From Gammaproteobacteria bacterium (GTDB lineage Bacteria; Pseudomonadota; Gammaproteobacteria; Eutrophobiales; Eutrophobiaceae): 64,000 nucleotides of DNA. The stretch lies in assembly GCA_965116495.1 (NCBI GenBank), contig OZ220696.1, positions 1,056,001-1,120,000 on the forward strand, given 5' to 3'. Numbering within the stretch: position 1 is the stretch's first letter; each line of letters begins with the position of its first letter. The position numbers and the translations under genes were made by a program. Below are positions 50,324-61,044 of this stretch, piece by piece. Below the pieces are notes generated by a model. That model had not been told where the DNA came from. It saw nothing but the letters and a program-made list of their open reading frames with translations, and did no database searches.

Positions 50324-51025
50324 TCATTTCTCCTCTTGCTCTTCCATTCTAGCCTTTGAAAGTGCAGACGCCAACAGTCCTGCCGGAATAGCGACTATCC
50401 CTAAGCCAATCATTAAAATGAGAAAAGTAAATATTTTTCCTCCCGCTGTTATGGGATAAACATCACCATAACCTACTGTTGTTAAAGTGGTCACTGCCCA
50501 CCATAAGCTATGGATAATACTTTTGAACGCTTCCGGCTGAGCCTCGTTTTCGCAATAATAAATGCCCACAGCTGATAAATATAAGAGCATCACAGTTACC
50601 ACGCCGAAAATAGCAATCTCTTCTTTTGCAATTACAAACGCCCTGGTAAATCTCCGAATAGCCTTGCCGGATCGGAAAAATTTCATAAGCCGAATAATCC
50701 GTAGCCATCGGAGATCAATGCTGAATGACAGGAAAAAGAAAAGATAAAAAGGGATGATCGCTATCAAATCGATGAGTCCATAAATACTCAGTACATAACC
50801 GAGTTTCCTGTCAGCCACATAAAATCTAAGAAAATATTCAACGGTAAATATGATTACTATGACTACTTCTGTAATATGAAGTAATTTTCTGGCGCTGGCT
50901 CCAAGATCAGGTAACGTTTCTATGGAAAACGTGATAACAGAGAACAAGATCAGTGATTGCATAACCAGATCGAATATACGACCCGCTTGAGTATCGTTTC
51001 TCTCAACTATCGACTTTATATTCAT
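50324..51025 (-). CDS. Ion transporter, voltage-gated K+ channel-like
   Basis: WWAVTTLTTVGYGD filter, Arg-rich S4-like segment; AT-rich DNA. Confidence 0.92.
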   Translation of the reverse strand: MNIKSIVERNDTQAGRIFDLVMQSLILFSVITFSIETLPDLGASARKLLHITEVVIVIIFTVEYFLRFYVADRKLGYVLSIYGLIDLIAIIPFYLFFFLSFSIDLRWLRIIRLMKFFRSGKAIRRFTRAFVIAKEEIAIFGVVTVMLLYLSAVGIYYCENEAQPEAFKSIIHSLWWAVTTLTTVGYGDVYPITAGGKIFTFLILMIGLGIVAIPAGLLASALSKARMEEQEEK

Positions 51026-51121
51026 AATTGGCTTCTTTTAACTCTTGCCCGCCGTATCCACCTTTGTTAAAGGCACAACAATATTTTTAATAACGAGGGG
51101 CGGGGCTTAATCAGAGATTCC

Positions 51122-52732
51122 CTAAGTCGTTTTGACGGTCGGCACCGCGGCCAGCAGGTTTTTCGTGTACTCATGCTGCGGGGATGCCAACACCCTGCCA
51201 GTAGCGCCCTGCTCTACTATCCTGCCACGGTACATTACTGCCACGTCATCGGCAAAGCTGGCAACGACGCTGATATTATGGGTGATGAACAGGTAGGCCA
51301 GTCCCAGTTCCTTCTGCAGGCCTGCCAGCAACTCCAGTATGCGCGCCTGGACCGTTACGTCCAGGGCGCTGGTCGGTTCATCGCATACCAGTAATTTCGG
51401 CCTGACGGCCAGCGCCCGGGCAATGCAGATGCGCTGCCTCTGCCCGCCGGAAAACTCGTGCGGGTAACGGTATTTAAATCCAGGTTCAAGCCCGACCTGG
51501 GTGAGCAGTTCATCGACAACAGCCTGCCTTTCCCCGGTAGTTTTACCGCGCCCGAGGGAGAGCATGCCCTCCTCGATAATATCCTTGACCATTATCTGCG
51601 GGTTCATGGACGAGAACGGGTCCTGGAATACCACCTGCATGTGCGCGCGCTGCCGGCGCAATTGCGACGGTGACAGGTCGAGCAGGTTGTCACCGGCCAG
51701 GTAGACCGTCCCCGCTGCAGGTTTCAGCAGTTGCAGGATGCCTTTGCCCAGGGTCGTCTTGCCGGAACCCGATTCGCCCACGACGGCCAGGGTACGTCCC
51801 TGTTTAAGTTCCAGTGATACCCCGTCCACGGCGCGCAGGTAACCGGCAGTACCGCCGAAGAAACCCGTTTGCGTGGGAAATTGCACTTCCAGCCCGGACA
51901 CCCTGAGCATCGGCGTGCCTGGTACCGGCGGTTTTTCCATGCGCCTTGCCCGGGCGTCAGGCAGGGAAGCAAGCAGGTTTCTCGAGTAGGGGTGCTGCGG
52001 TTGGTCGAAGAATTGACGGGTTGGACCGGTTTCCACGATCCTGCCTTCGTTCATGACGGCAACCCGGTCCGACACCCGGGACGCCACGGCAAGGTCATGG
52101 GTGATAAACAGCATGGCCATTCCCATATCGCGCTGCAGCTTTTTCAGCAGTTCCAGCATGCGCGCCTGCGTTGTAACGTCCAGTGCGGTAGTCGGTTCGT
52201 CGGCAATGAGCAACTCGGGTTCCCCGGCCAGGGCGATCGCCAGCATGACCCGTTGCTTCATGCCGCCGGAAAACTGGTGCGGGTAGTCATCAACGCGCCG
52301 TGCGGGTTCCGGAATACCCACCGCTTCCAGTACTTCAATCACCTTCCCCCGGCGCACTTTCCCGCGCAGTCCCCGGTGCTGCTGCAAGCTCTCCCCTACC
52401 TGTACTCCCACCGTCAGTGCCGGGTTGAGGGAGGTCTGCGGTTCCTGGAATATCATGGCGATATGACCGCCGCGGAAAGCGCGTATGCTTGTTTCAGGCA
52501 GCGTGAGAAGATCGGTGCCGTTGAACAATACGGAACCGCTGATCTCGGCCGACTTCGGCAACAGGCGGGTAATACTCAGCGCAGTGACGGACTTGCCGCT
52601 GCCCGATTCTCCCAGCAAGGCAAGGGTTTCCCCCGCCCGGATGCGAAAGTCCACACCAGCCACTGCCTGTACCGGGTGGCCGTCACCGGCAAACCTGACA
52701 TTCAGGGAATTAACGTCCAACAGCGCTGTCAT
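51122..52732 (-). CDS. Dual-domain peptide ABC transporter ATPase (YejF-like)
   Basis: Two GESGSGK Walker A motifs, YPHQFSGG and YPHEFSGG. Confidence 0.93.
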   Translation of the reverse strand: MTALLDVNSLNVRFAGDGHPVQAVAGVDFRIRAGETLALLGESGSGKSVTALSITRLLPKSAEISGSVLFNGTDLLTLPETSIRAFRGGHIAMIFQEPQTSLNPALTVGVQVGESLQQHRGLRGKVRRGKVIEVLEAVGIPEPARRVDDYPHQFSGGMKQRVMLAIALAGEPELLIADEPTTALDVTTQARMLELLKKLQRDMGMAMLFITHDLAVASRVSDRVAVMNEGRIVETGPTRQFFDQPQHPYSRNLLASLPDARARRMEKPPVPGTPMLRVSGLEVQFPTQTGFFGGTAGYLRAVDGVSLELKQGRTLAVVGESGSGKTTLGKGILQLLKPAAGTVYLAGDNLLDLSPSQLRRQRAHMQVVFQDPFSSMNPQIMVKDIIEEGMLSLGRGKTTGERQAVVDELLTQVGLEPGFKYRYPHEFSGGQRQRICIARALAVRPKLLVCDEPTSALDVTVQARILELLAGLQKELGLAYLFITHNISVVASFADDVAVMYRGRIVEQGATGRVLASPQHEYTKNLLAAVPTVKTT

Positions 52733-52752
52733 ATTGAGAATTATGATTATTT

Positions 52753-52918
52753 ATCTGCAAATTACGCAGATTATCGCAGATAAAAATACAAATTTATTAT
52801 TGAAGTTGTCTGGTTCAGATATGGTTAATTTAAACCTGATTTTATCCGGAAGCTGAAAAACAGTTAATCAGTAAATTTTTTTATAATTTAATCTGCGATA
52901 ATCTGCCTAATCTGCGGA
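52753..52918. repeat. CCGCAGAT-arm inverted-repeat element, copy F
   Basis: atctgcaaattacgcagattatcgcagat ... atctgcgataatctgcctaatctgcgga. Confidence 0.88.
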
Positions 52919-52924
52919 CAAATA

Positions 52925-54697
52925 ATGAAAATAATCACGTACAAGCTGTGCCTGCTACTGAGTATATCGGTGAGCCTCATCCACGTGGTGGGTGCCCAGG
53001 AATATCCCCGGCCCGGATGGCAGGAGCAAATGTCGCCTCTGGCCAGCCCTGATGCCTACCCAGGCGGGGAATTCTCCTTCTGGTCAGGGCCTTTCCCGAA
53101 GAGTTTCAATTACTACCTGGATAGCACGGTGACATCCAGCCGGCTGTTCAATCTCCTGTTTGAAAAACTGCTTACCGTCAACGGTTTAACCCTGGAATTC
53201 GAACCCAGCCTCGCCGCTTCGTGGTCCGTCTCAAGGGACCGCACCACCTTTGAGTTCAGGCTGGACGACCGGGCCAAGTGGAGCGACGGCGTTCCCGTCA
53301 GCGCCCATGACGTCGCCTGGACCTATGATGCAATCATGGACCCGAAAAACCTGACCGGACCCCACAAGATTGCCTTTGAGCGGTTTTACCGGCCGGAGGT
53401 CATTGACGGGCAGACGGTCCGCTTCAAGGCCAGGGAAGTTCACTGGAAAAACCTGTTGTCGCTGGGAACGTTCCATGTACTTCCCTCCCACGTATTCAAG
53501 GACCTGGATTTCAACAAGATCAACTTCGAGTTCCCTGTCGTGTCGGGTCCGTATTCAGTTGAATCGGTACGGGAAGGCATTACGCTGACGCTGAAACGCC
53601 GCACGCAATGGTGGCAATGGGTCCGGGCAAGCACCCGTGGGATTGCCAATTTCGACAGGCTGAAGTTCCGCTTCTTCACCGAGCGGGAAAACGCGTTTGC
53701 CGAGTTCAAGACCGGCAACCTGGACTATTACCCGGTTTATACCGCCTCCCGCTGGGCGACGGAAACCACCGGTGCGGCATACGACAACAACTGGATCATC
53801 AAGCAGGAGGTGTATAACTATAACCCCATCGGCTTCCAGGGGTTTGCCATGAACCTGCGGCGGGCCAAGTTTGCCGACCTGCGGGTCCGGCTTGCCCTCG
53901 CCCACCTGCTGGACCGGGAGCGGATGAACCAGGCGATCATGCACGAAGCCTACTTCCTGCACCGGTGTTATTTCGAAGACCTGTACGACGGGCAGACACC
54001 CTGCCGCGGGCCGGAAATACGTTTCGACAAGGATGAAGCGAGACGCCTGCTGGAAGAAGCCGGCTGGATAGTCGATAAGGACACCGGTTTGTTGGAAAAA
54101 GACGGTCAGCCGTTCATCATCCACTTCCTCACCCGCAGTCCGACATCGGATAAATTTCTGGCCATCTACCAGGAAGACCTGAACGATGTCGGAATACAGC
54201 TTAAGATCGTCAGGAAGGACTGGGCCGCCTGGATAAAGGACATGGATGAGTTCAACTTTGACATGACCTGGGCGGCCTGGAGCGCATCCCTGTTCAAGGA
54301 TCCGGAATCCCTGTGGCATTCGAAGGAAGCCGACCGTGCCGGCGGGCAGAACATCACCGGTTACAAAAACGCCGAAATCGACGCCATGATTGATACGTTG
54401 CGGACGGAATTCGACATCCGTAAACGCCATGACATCATACGGCGCATTGACACCATCCTGGCCAATGATATCCCCTATGTCCTGCTCTGGAACCTGAATT
54501 ACCGACGCCTGTTGTACTGGAACAAGTTCGGCACCCCGGAGACCGTGTTAGCGAAGTTCCTGGGGGAAGAAGGCGCTTACCTGTTCTGGTGGTACGACGA
54601 GGATTCAGCCGCCGACCTGGAATACGCGCGCGAGACAGACGAACCCCTGCCCGGACGTGATGAGATTGTCGTGTTCGACGAGATATTTCAGCAATAA
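52925..54697 (+). CDS. Peptide ABC substrate-binding protein (YejA-like)
   Basis: Signal peptide, SPDA..GG, AKWSDG.PV.A.DV, SGPY, F.D.RVR.AL, YWNKFG. Confidence 0.88.
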   Translation: MKIITYKLCLLLSISVSLIHVVGAQEYPRPGWQEQMSPLASPDAYPGGEFSFWSGPFPKSFNYYLDSTVTSSRLFNLLFEKLLTVNGLTLEFEPSLAASWSVSRDRTTFEFRLDDRAKWSDGVPVSAHDVAWTYDAIMDPKNLTGPHKIAFERFYRPEVIDGQTVRFKAREVHWKNLLSLGTFHVLPSHVFKDLDFNKINFEFPVVSGPYSVESVREGITLTLKRRTQWWQWVRASTRGIANFDRLKFRFFTERENAFAEFKTGNLDYYPVYTASRWATETTGAAYDNNWIIKQEVYNYNPIGFQGFAMNLRRAKFADLRVRLALAHLLDRERMNQAIMHEAYFLHRCYFEDLYDGQTPCRGPEIRFDKDEARRLLEEAGWIVDKDTGLLEKDGQPFIIHFLTRSPTSDKFLAIYQEDLNDVGIQLKIVRKDWAAWIKDMDEFNFDMTWAAWSASLFKDPESLWHSKEADRAGGQNITGYKNAEIDAMIDTLRTEFDIRKRHDIIRRIDTILANDIPYVLLWNLNYRRLLYWNKFGTPETVLAKFLGEEGAYLFWWYDEDSAADLEYARETDEPLPGRDEIVVFDEIFQQ

Positions 54698-55740
54698 TGG
54701 AACGCACCCACTACATCATCCGGCGCCTGCTGCTCGTCATCCCCACATTCATCGGCATTACTTTCGTCTGTTTCGCCCTGTGCCAGTTCATCCCCGGCGG
54801 GCCGGTGGAGCAGGCGATCATGGCGATGCGCGGGATCGGTGATGGATCCGTCGATGCGGCTGCGGCCGCCGGGCCAAGCGGGATCTCTCCGGAACAGCGC
54901 AAGGCCCTGGAACAGCATTTTGGTTTCGACAGGCCGCTCGTGAAGCGTTATTGGAAATGGCTGGTTGCCGACCGCATCGGCATGGCCGTCGACTCCTATA
55001 AGTACCCGAACAAGACCGTCCTGCAACTGATCATCGAGCGATTTCCGGTCTCGCTGATCTTCGGACTGACCGGCTTCTTCCTGACCTACCTAATCTGCAT
55101 CCCCCTAGGGATAGCCAAGGCCGTCAAAAACGGTTCATGGTTCGATGTAAGCAGCAGTATCCTGGTGTTCATCGGCTACGCCATCCCCGCGTTCGCCTTC
55201 GGCATGCTGCTGAAGATGTTCCTGTCCGGCACCACGGAGGGGCTATGGGATATCTTCCCCGTCAGCGGTTTTACCTCGGAGAATTTCACCGAACTGTCAA
55301 CGGCGGACAAGGCCAGGGACCTGTTCATGCACATGTTCCTGCCGGTCACCTGCTACATGATAGGCAATTTCGCAGTCCTTACCCTGCTCATGAAGAACAG
55401 CCTGCTGGAACAGATCAGCCAGGATTACGTGCGCACGGTGCTGGCCAAGGGCGCCACCTTCAACAGGGCCATCTGGGGCCATGCCTTCCGTAATTCCCTG
55501 ATACCCATTGCGACGGGATTCGGCAGCATCTTTACCCTGATTTTCGCCGGATCGGTGCTGATAGAAAAAGTCTTTGAAATACCCGGCATGGGCCTGCTGA
55601 GCCTGGACGCCATCGTCAGCAGGGATTATATGGTGTTCATGGGCATACTGGCTTTGACTTCCATTCTCGGACTCATCGGCAGGATCTTCTCCGATGTCTG
55701 TTACATGTTCATCGATCCAAGGATACATTTTGATGTCTGA
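54697..55740 (+). CDS. Peptide ABC permease (YejB-like)
   Basis: YIIRRLLLVIPT, PGGPVEQ, MKNSLLE, HAFRNS, GSVLIE. Confidence 0.9.
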   Translation: MERTHYIIRRLLLVIPTFIGITFVCFALCQFIPGGPVEQAIMAMRGIGDGSVDAAAAAGPSGISPEQRKALEQHFGFDRPLVKRYWKWLVADRIGMAVDSYKYPNKTVLQLIIERFPVSLIFGLTGFFLTYLICIPLGIAKAVKNGSWFDVSSSILVFIGYAIPAFAFGMLLKMFLSGTTEGLWDIFPVSGFTSENFTELSTADKARDLFMHMFLPVTCYMIGNFAVLTLLMKNSLLEQISQDYVRTVLAKGATFNRAIWGHAFRNSLIPIATGFGSIFTLIFAGSVLIEKVFEIPGMGLLSLDAIVSRDYMVFMGILALTSILGLIGRIFSDVCYMFIDPRIHFDV

Positions 55741-55751
55741 TCTCTCAATTC

Positions 55752-55874
55752 CGTCATTCCGGCGAATGCCGGAATCCAGTGAGATACAGCGTCGACTGCA
55801 GGACGACCCGTTGTTTCACTGGATTCCGGGTCCGGCCCCTGGTTACTACGTGCAGGGGCAGGCCCGGCATGACG
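55752..55874. repeat. REP-like inverted doublet with nested mini-hairpin
   Basis: cgtcattccggcgaatgccggaatccagtga ... tcactggattccgggtc..[insert]..gcccggcatgacg. Confidence 0.85.
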
Positions 55875-55896
55875 AGCAAAGAGGAGGTCCTGTTCC

Positions 55897-57495
55897 ATGT
55901 ACGGAATGACGGCAAAATGGTTCGATCCCATCACGCGCAAACGCCTGCAGCGGTTTCGCGAGTACAGGCGTGCGTATTATTCCCTGCTCATCATCGTTTT
56001 CCTGTACCTGACAAGCCTGGTTGCGGAGTTGCTCTGTAATGACCGTCCCCTTTTCGTACACTACGAGAACCAGTCCTATTTCCCCGTCCTGTCCTTCTAC
56101 CCCGAGGATACCTTCACGGGCAACGGCCTGTTGACCCGTCCGGATTACAAGACCATCAACACCTCTCCCGCGTTCGCCGGAAACGATGATAATTTCATGG
56201 TCTTCCCGCTGGTGCCTTTCGGGCCGCAGGAGATCATCCAGGCCTCCTCTATCCCGGTTGATAACCGGGTGGAAGTCCTTGTACAGCGGGAACCGCGGGT
56301 CGCTTCCGTCAATATCGACGCCGGCTTCGTTGTGCGCCGCCAGCAGCGCTCGGAGTGGTTTTTCACACCAGCTGACAGGCCCGTGGAGGGACTGGATTTT
56401 CTCGGCAGCTACGACATCCCCGAAGCTTTCAAGGAAGCCGTCGCGCTGCGTTTTGCCAATCAACCAGCCCCGGCCTGGTCTTATTCATACCCGTCTGGCG
56501 AGGCCGAAAAACAGGTCATTCTGAGCCTTTCCCCCTATAAACCGCGCAATAGAATTCCGCGAACCGTCAGGATATTGTTGCGCGAAGCCTTGCAGCAGGA
56601 CCTGGAACAGAAATGGATATACACACCTGAAGATGGACAACTCGCTACCGGTGGCGGCTTGTGGGATGCATTCTCCGACGGCCACAGGGATGAGATACTG
56701 GCACAGGCAAAAGCGCGCCTGCTCGCACCCGTCGCCACCCTGCGCCTGGAGCACGACGGCGTGAACTACCGGATAAAATTCATCAAGGAAGACGTGCGCT
56801 TCCCCTTCCGCCCGATCGGTCCTCACCTGTTCGGACTGGATGACAGCGGCAGGGACGTACTGGCGCGCATCTTCTACGGCTTGCGCACGTCCCTGAACTT
56901 CGGCCTGTTGCTGGTCATCACCTCGATGGTTATCGGCACGGTAATCGGCGCCATCCAGGGCTATTACGGCGGTAAAATCGACCTCACCGGCCAACGCCTT
57001 ACCGAGATCTGGGAAGCGCTGCCGTTCCTGTACGTGCTGATACTGCTGGGTTCGGTGTACGGCCGCAGTTTCGTCCTGCTGCTCATCGTCTACGGCCTTT
57101 TCAACTGGATAGCCATCTCCTATTACATGCGCGCCGAGTTCCTGCGCCTGCGCAACCAGCAGTTCGTCGAGGCTGCCCAGTGCCTGGGCCTGCCGGACCG
57201 GAAAATCCTGTTCCGTCATATCCTGCCCAACGCGCTGGTGCCGTTGACGACGTTCTTCCCCTTTTCCCTGGTCGGCGCCATCGGCACCCTGGCCGCGCTG
57301 GATTACCTGGGGTTCGGACTGCCGCCGCCGACCGCAAGTTGGGGGCAACTGCTGGCGCAGGCCCAGGGACAAGCCTACTGGTGGCTGATCCTGTACCCGA
57401 GCCTGGCCCTGTTCCTGGTGATCCTGCTGTGCGTATTCGTCGGCGAGGGGGTGCGCAATGCCTTCGACCCCAGGAAGTTTACCCGGCTGGAGTGA
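55897..57495 (+). CDS. Peptide ABC permease (YejE-like) with a long extracytoplasmic insertion
   Basis: AELLCNDRPL, G.DD.GRDVLAR..YG.R.S, YYMRAEFLR.R, LDYLGFGLP. Confidence 0.88.
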   Translation: MYGMTAKWFDPITRKRLQRFREYRRAYYSLLIIVFLYLTSLVAELLCNDRPLFVHYENQSYFPVLSFYPEDTFTGNGLLTRPDYKTINTSPAFAGNDDNFMVFPLVPFGPQEIIQASSIPVDNRVEVLVQREPRVASVNIDAGFVVRRQQRSEWFFTPADRPVEGLDFLGSYDIPEAFKEAVALRFANQPAPAWSYSYPSGEAEKQVILSLSPYKPRNRIPRTVRILLREALQQDLEQKWIYTPEDGQLATGGGLWDAFSDGHRDEILAQAKARLLAPVATLRLEHDGVNYRIKFIKEDVRFPFRPIGPHLFGLDDSGRDVLARIFYGLRTSLNFGLLLVITSMVIGTVIGAIQGYYGGKIDLTGQRLTEIWEALPFLYVLILLGSVYGRSFVLLLIVYGLFNWIAISYYMRAEFLRLRNQQFVEAAQCLGLPDRKILFRHILPNALVPLTTFFPFSLVGAIGTLAALDYLGFGLPPPTASWGQLLAQAQGQAYWWLILYPSLALFLVILLCVFVGEGVRNAFDPRKFTRLE

Positions 57496-57502
57496 TTGAC
57501 CC

Positions 57503-59176
57503 GTGAAATCGTCTGAAAAACTGTTGTCCGTCAACGACCTTACGGTGCATTTCGACACCGACGAGGGCGTTGTCGAGGCGGTCAACGAGGTCAGCCTGGA
57601 CATCCGGCGCGGCGAGATCGTCGGATTGGTGGGAGAGTCCGGATCCGGCAAGACCGTGACCGCGCAGAGCATCCTGCGCCTGGTGCCGCGCCCGCCGGCC
57701 CGTTTCGTCAGGGGCGCAGCAATTTTCAACAACGAAAACCTGCTGGCTCTGCCCATCGATCGCCTCAGAAAAATACGCGGCGCTGAGATCAGCATGATTT
57801 TCCAGGAACCGATGACTGCACTCTCGCCGCTGCACAGGGTCGGCCGGCAACTCAGCGAATTGCTGCGCTTCCATACCGACCTGGACCAGGAAGCGGCCTG
57901 GAAACTCGGTACGGAATGGCTGGACAAGGTGGGACTACCGGAGCCCGAGGAGCGCATGTCGTTCTATCCCCATCACTTGTCCGGGGGCATGCGGCAGCGG
58001 GTCATGATCGCCATGGCCCTGATGCTGAAACCGCAATTGATCATTGCGGACGAACCCTCAACCGCCCTGGACGTGACGGTACAGGCACAGGTTTTCAGGT
58101 TGCTGATGAGCATGAAAGATGAGGACACGTCCATGCTGCTGATCACCCATGACCTGGCGGTCGTCTGGGAGGTGTGCGACCGGGTCTACGTCATGAAAAA
58201 CTCCAGGGTGGTCGAACGCGGCGCGATCGAACCCATATTCAAAGCGCCTGCCCATGCCTATACCCGTTCGCTGCTGCAAGCGGTGCCGCGGCTGTACCAG
58301 GCCGGGGAAGAGGAAAGGAGAACGGCAACAGGAAGAAAGCAGGTAGAGGATACCGGGGATGGATTAATCAGGACGAAAAACCTGCGCGTCTGGTTCCCGG
58401 TGAAAAAGGGACTGTTCGCCCGCACGGCCGGGCACGTCAAGGCAGTCGATGATATCGACCTTTCCATTGCCGCAGGATCGACGGTGGGCCTGGTCGGTGA
58501 ATCGGGTTCGGGCAAAACCACCCTGGGGCGAGCTATCATCGGCCTGCAACCCATCAACGACGGTAGTATCGTCTTCGAAGATACTGAAATCGGCGGCCTG
58601 AAGAAGAACCGCATGAAACCCTGGCGCCGTAACCTGCAGATGATCTTCCAGGATCCCTATTCATCGCTGAACCCGCGCATGACAGTCATGGACATCCTGA
58701 CGGAAGGCATCAAAGAGCACGGCCTGCTGGACATGCCGAAACAGGACAAGGCCGTACAACTGCTGGAAGAGGTCGAATTGAGGGCGGACATGGCCAACCG
58801 TTATCCGTTTGAGTTCTCCGGCGGCGAACGCCAGCGTATCAGTATCGCCCGGGCGCTGTCGCTGGAGCCGAAGTTCATTGTCTGCGACGAGGCCGTCAGC
58901 GCCCTGGACGTGACCATACAAGCGCAGATCATCGACCTGCTGCGCCGGCTGCAGGCGCGCCACGGCATCACCTACCTGTTCATCTCCCATGACCTGAGCG
59001 TCGTCCGGCAACTGTCCGAACAGATCCTGGTGATGCACCAGGGCAGGATCGTGGAACGCGGCAGGACGGATGACGTCATCTTCAACCCGCAGCACGAATA
59101 TACCCGCACACTGCTGGACGCCGTCCCCGTCCCCGGCGATATCGAGCGCCGCCGGCGCATGCGGGGCAAAAAATAA
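57503..59176 (+). CDS. Dual-domain peptide ABC ATPase (YejF-like)
   Basis: Two GESGSGKT motifs, LSGGMRQR, FSGGERQR. Confidence 0.92.
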   Translation: MKSSEKLLSVNDLTVHFDTDEGVVEAVNEVSLDIRRGEIVGLVGESGSGKTVTAQSILRLVPRPPARFVRGAAIFNNENLLALPIDRLRKIRGAEISMIFQEPMTALSPLHRVGRQLSELLRFHTDLDQEAAWKLGTEWLDKVGLPEPEERMSFYPHHLSGGMRQRVMIAMALMLKPQLIIADEPSTALDVTVQAQVFRLLMSMKDEDTSMLLITHDLAVVWEVCDRVYVMKNSRVVERGAIEPIFKAPAHAYTRSLLQAVPRLYQAGEEERRTATGRKQVEDTGDGLIRTKNLRVWFPVKKGLFARTAGHVKAVDDIDLSIAAGSTVGLVGESGSGKTTLGRAIIGLQPINDGSIVFEDTEIGGLKKNRMKPWRRNLQMIFQDPYSSLNPRMTVMDILTEGIKEHGLLDMPKQDKAVQLLEEVELRADMANRYPFEFSGGERQRISIARALSLEPKFIVCDEAVSALDVTIQAQIIDLLRRLQARHGITYLFISHDLSVVRQLSEQILVMHQGRIVERGRTDDVIFNPQHEYTRTLLDAVPVPGDIERRRRMRGKK

Positions 59177-60807
59177 TGAGCTGGACAGGTCGAACCGGGT
59201 TAGTGGCCAGCCTAGTTTCGACATTATTGCTGGCTGCCTCATGCGGCTTCAATTACGAAACGAATGTAGAGAGCGGTGCGCGTGAGGGGATATTACATAT
59301 CGGTAATGGCGACGAACCCCGGGAGCTTGATCCCCATGTCGTAACCGGCCGCATCGAGTCCGACCTGTGCCTGGCGCTGCTGGAAGGCCTGGTCGGCTGG
59401 CATCCCGAAGGAAAGCGCTTGATCCCCGCCGCCGCCAAATCCTGGGAGCAAAGCGAAGACGCCAGAACATACCGGTTCCACCTGCGTGAAGACGCAAAAT
59501 GGTCCAACGGCGACCCGGTAACGGCCACGGACTTTGTCTATTCATGGCGCCGGGCGCTGCTGCCTGCCCTGGGCAACAACTATGCTTATATGCTGTATTA
59601 CATCAGGAACGCGGAAAGGTTCCACCAGGGGGAAATAACGGATTTCTCCCGGGTGGGCATCACGGCGCCCGATGACCTGACCCTGGTGGTCGAACTTGAG
59701 AACCCGACGCCATTTTTCCTGCAGTTACTGACACACATGAGCTATTATCCCGTCCACCAGGCGACTGTCGAAGCGTTCGGGGCCGCGGATGAACGCGGCA
59801 CGCGCTGGACCCGTCCGGGGAACCACGTGGGGAACGGCCCGTTCAAGCTGAAGGAGTGGGTGCTGAACCGCAGCATCGTCGTGGAGAAGAACGAATATTA
59901 CTGGGATGCCGGTGCGGTGAAATTGAACCAGATCGTCTTCTACCCAGTCCAGAATGCGACCACGGAAGAACGCATGTTCCGCGCCGGCCAGTTGCACATC
60001 ACCACTAATATGCCGGTTGACAAGATAGCGCACTACCGGCAGGAAAGACCCGGCACCCTGAAAATCTCACCTTATTTATCGACCTACTACTATCTCTTCA
60101 ATACTACCGTTGCGCCGCTCGACCGGGTAAAGGTCAGGCAGGCCCTGACCATGTCCATCGACCGGCAACAGGTAGTAGATAAGATCACCAAGGCGGGAGA
60201 GATCCCGGCCTTCAGCTACACCCCGCCTGATACCAACGGCTACACGGCAACCGCGCGGGTACGCTATGACCTGGAACGCGCCAAGGCCCTGCTCGCGGAA
60301 GCGGGCTATCCTGGCGGGACGGGTTTTCCCGGCCTGGAGTTAATGTACAACACCTCCGAGGGGCATCGCCGGATAGCCATAGCCATCCAGCAGATGTGGA
60401 AGACCAACCTCAACATCGACGTTACGCTGACGAACCAGGACTGGAAGGTATACCTGGATAAACGCGATGAGAAAGACTACCAGGTAGCGCGGGCCGGCTG
60501 GATTGGTGATTACCTGGATCCCAATACCTTTCTCGATATGTACACTACAAACAGCGGCAATAACGACACGGGCTGGTCGAACCGGCGCTACGACGCACTG
60601 ATAGCACTGGCCGGCGCAACCACGGACCAGGAACGCCGCTTCACCCTTTTCCAGGATGCCGAATCCATCCTGATGACCGAGTTGCCTATCATGCCCATCT
60701 ACACGTACGTCAGCAAATCACTGGTCTCACCGGACGTGCGCGGCTGGTATCCGAATATCCTGGATATCCACCCGTTTAAATATATTTCCCTGGTGTCAGG
60801 AAAATGA
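59176..60807 (+). CDS. oppA: Oligopeptide ABC substrate-binding lipoprotein
   Basis: Lipobox LAASC, KWSNGDPVTA.DFVYSWRR, NGPF.L, RAGWIGDY.DP. Confidence 0.88.
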   Translation: MSWTGRTGLVASLVSTLLLAASCGFNYETNVESGAREGILHIGNGDEPRELDPHVVTGRIESDLCLALLEGLVGWHPEGKRLIPAAAKSWEQSEDARTYRFHLREDAKWSNGDPVTATDFVYSWRRALLPALGNNYAYMLYYIRNAERFHQGEITDFSRVGITAPDDLTLVVELENPTPFFLQLLTHMSYYPVHQATVEAFGAADERGTRWTRPGNHVGNGPFKLKEWVLNRSIVVEKNEYYWDAGAVKLNQIVFYPVQNATTEERMFRAGQLHITTNMPVDKIAHYRQERPGTLKISPYLSTYYYLFNTTVAPLDRVKVRQALTMSIDRQQVVDKITKAGEIPAFSYTPPDTNGYTATARVRYDLERAKALLAEAGYPGGTGFPGLELMYNTSEGHRRIAIAIQQMWKTNLNIDVTLTNQDWKVYLDKRDEKDYQVARAGWIGDYLDPNTFLDMYTTNSGNNDTGWSNRRYDALIALAGATTDQERRFTLFQDAESILMTELPIMPIYTYVSKSLVSPDVRGWYPNILDIHPFKYISLVSGK

Positions 60808-61031
60808 CGAATTAGGAATTACGAATTACGAATTACGAATTAGGAATTACGAATTACGAATTACGAATTACGAATTACGAATTACGAATTAGGAATTAGG
60901 AATTAGGAATTAGGAATTACGAATTAGGAATTAGGAATTAGGAATTAGGAATTAGGAATTAGGAATCATTAAGTTGGCAAAATACTTCACTAACCTAGAA
61001 TTCGTAATTCCTAATTCCTAATTCGTAATTC
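60803..61031. repeat. Inverted heptamer arrays (about 23 x AATTA(C/G)G, ~30-nt spacer, about 5 reverse units) between oppA and oppB
   Basis: Read directly; the oppA TGA lies in the degenerate first unit aaTGAcg. Confidence 0.95.
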
Positions 61032-61044
61032 TCTAGATAATAAT

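Noticed and set aside
56485-57957. 490-aa minus-strand ORF and similar long antisense ORFs (7552-8523, 12608-13546, 30661-31830)
   Set aside because: Shadows of well-supported genes in GC-rich DNA with no recognisable motifs
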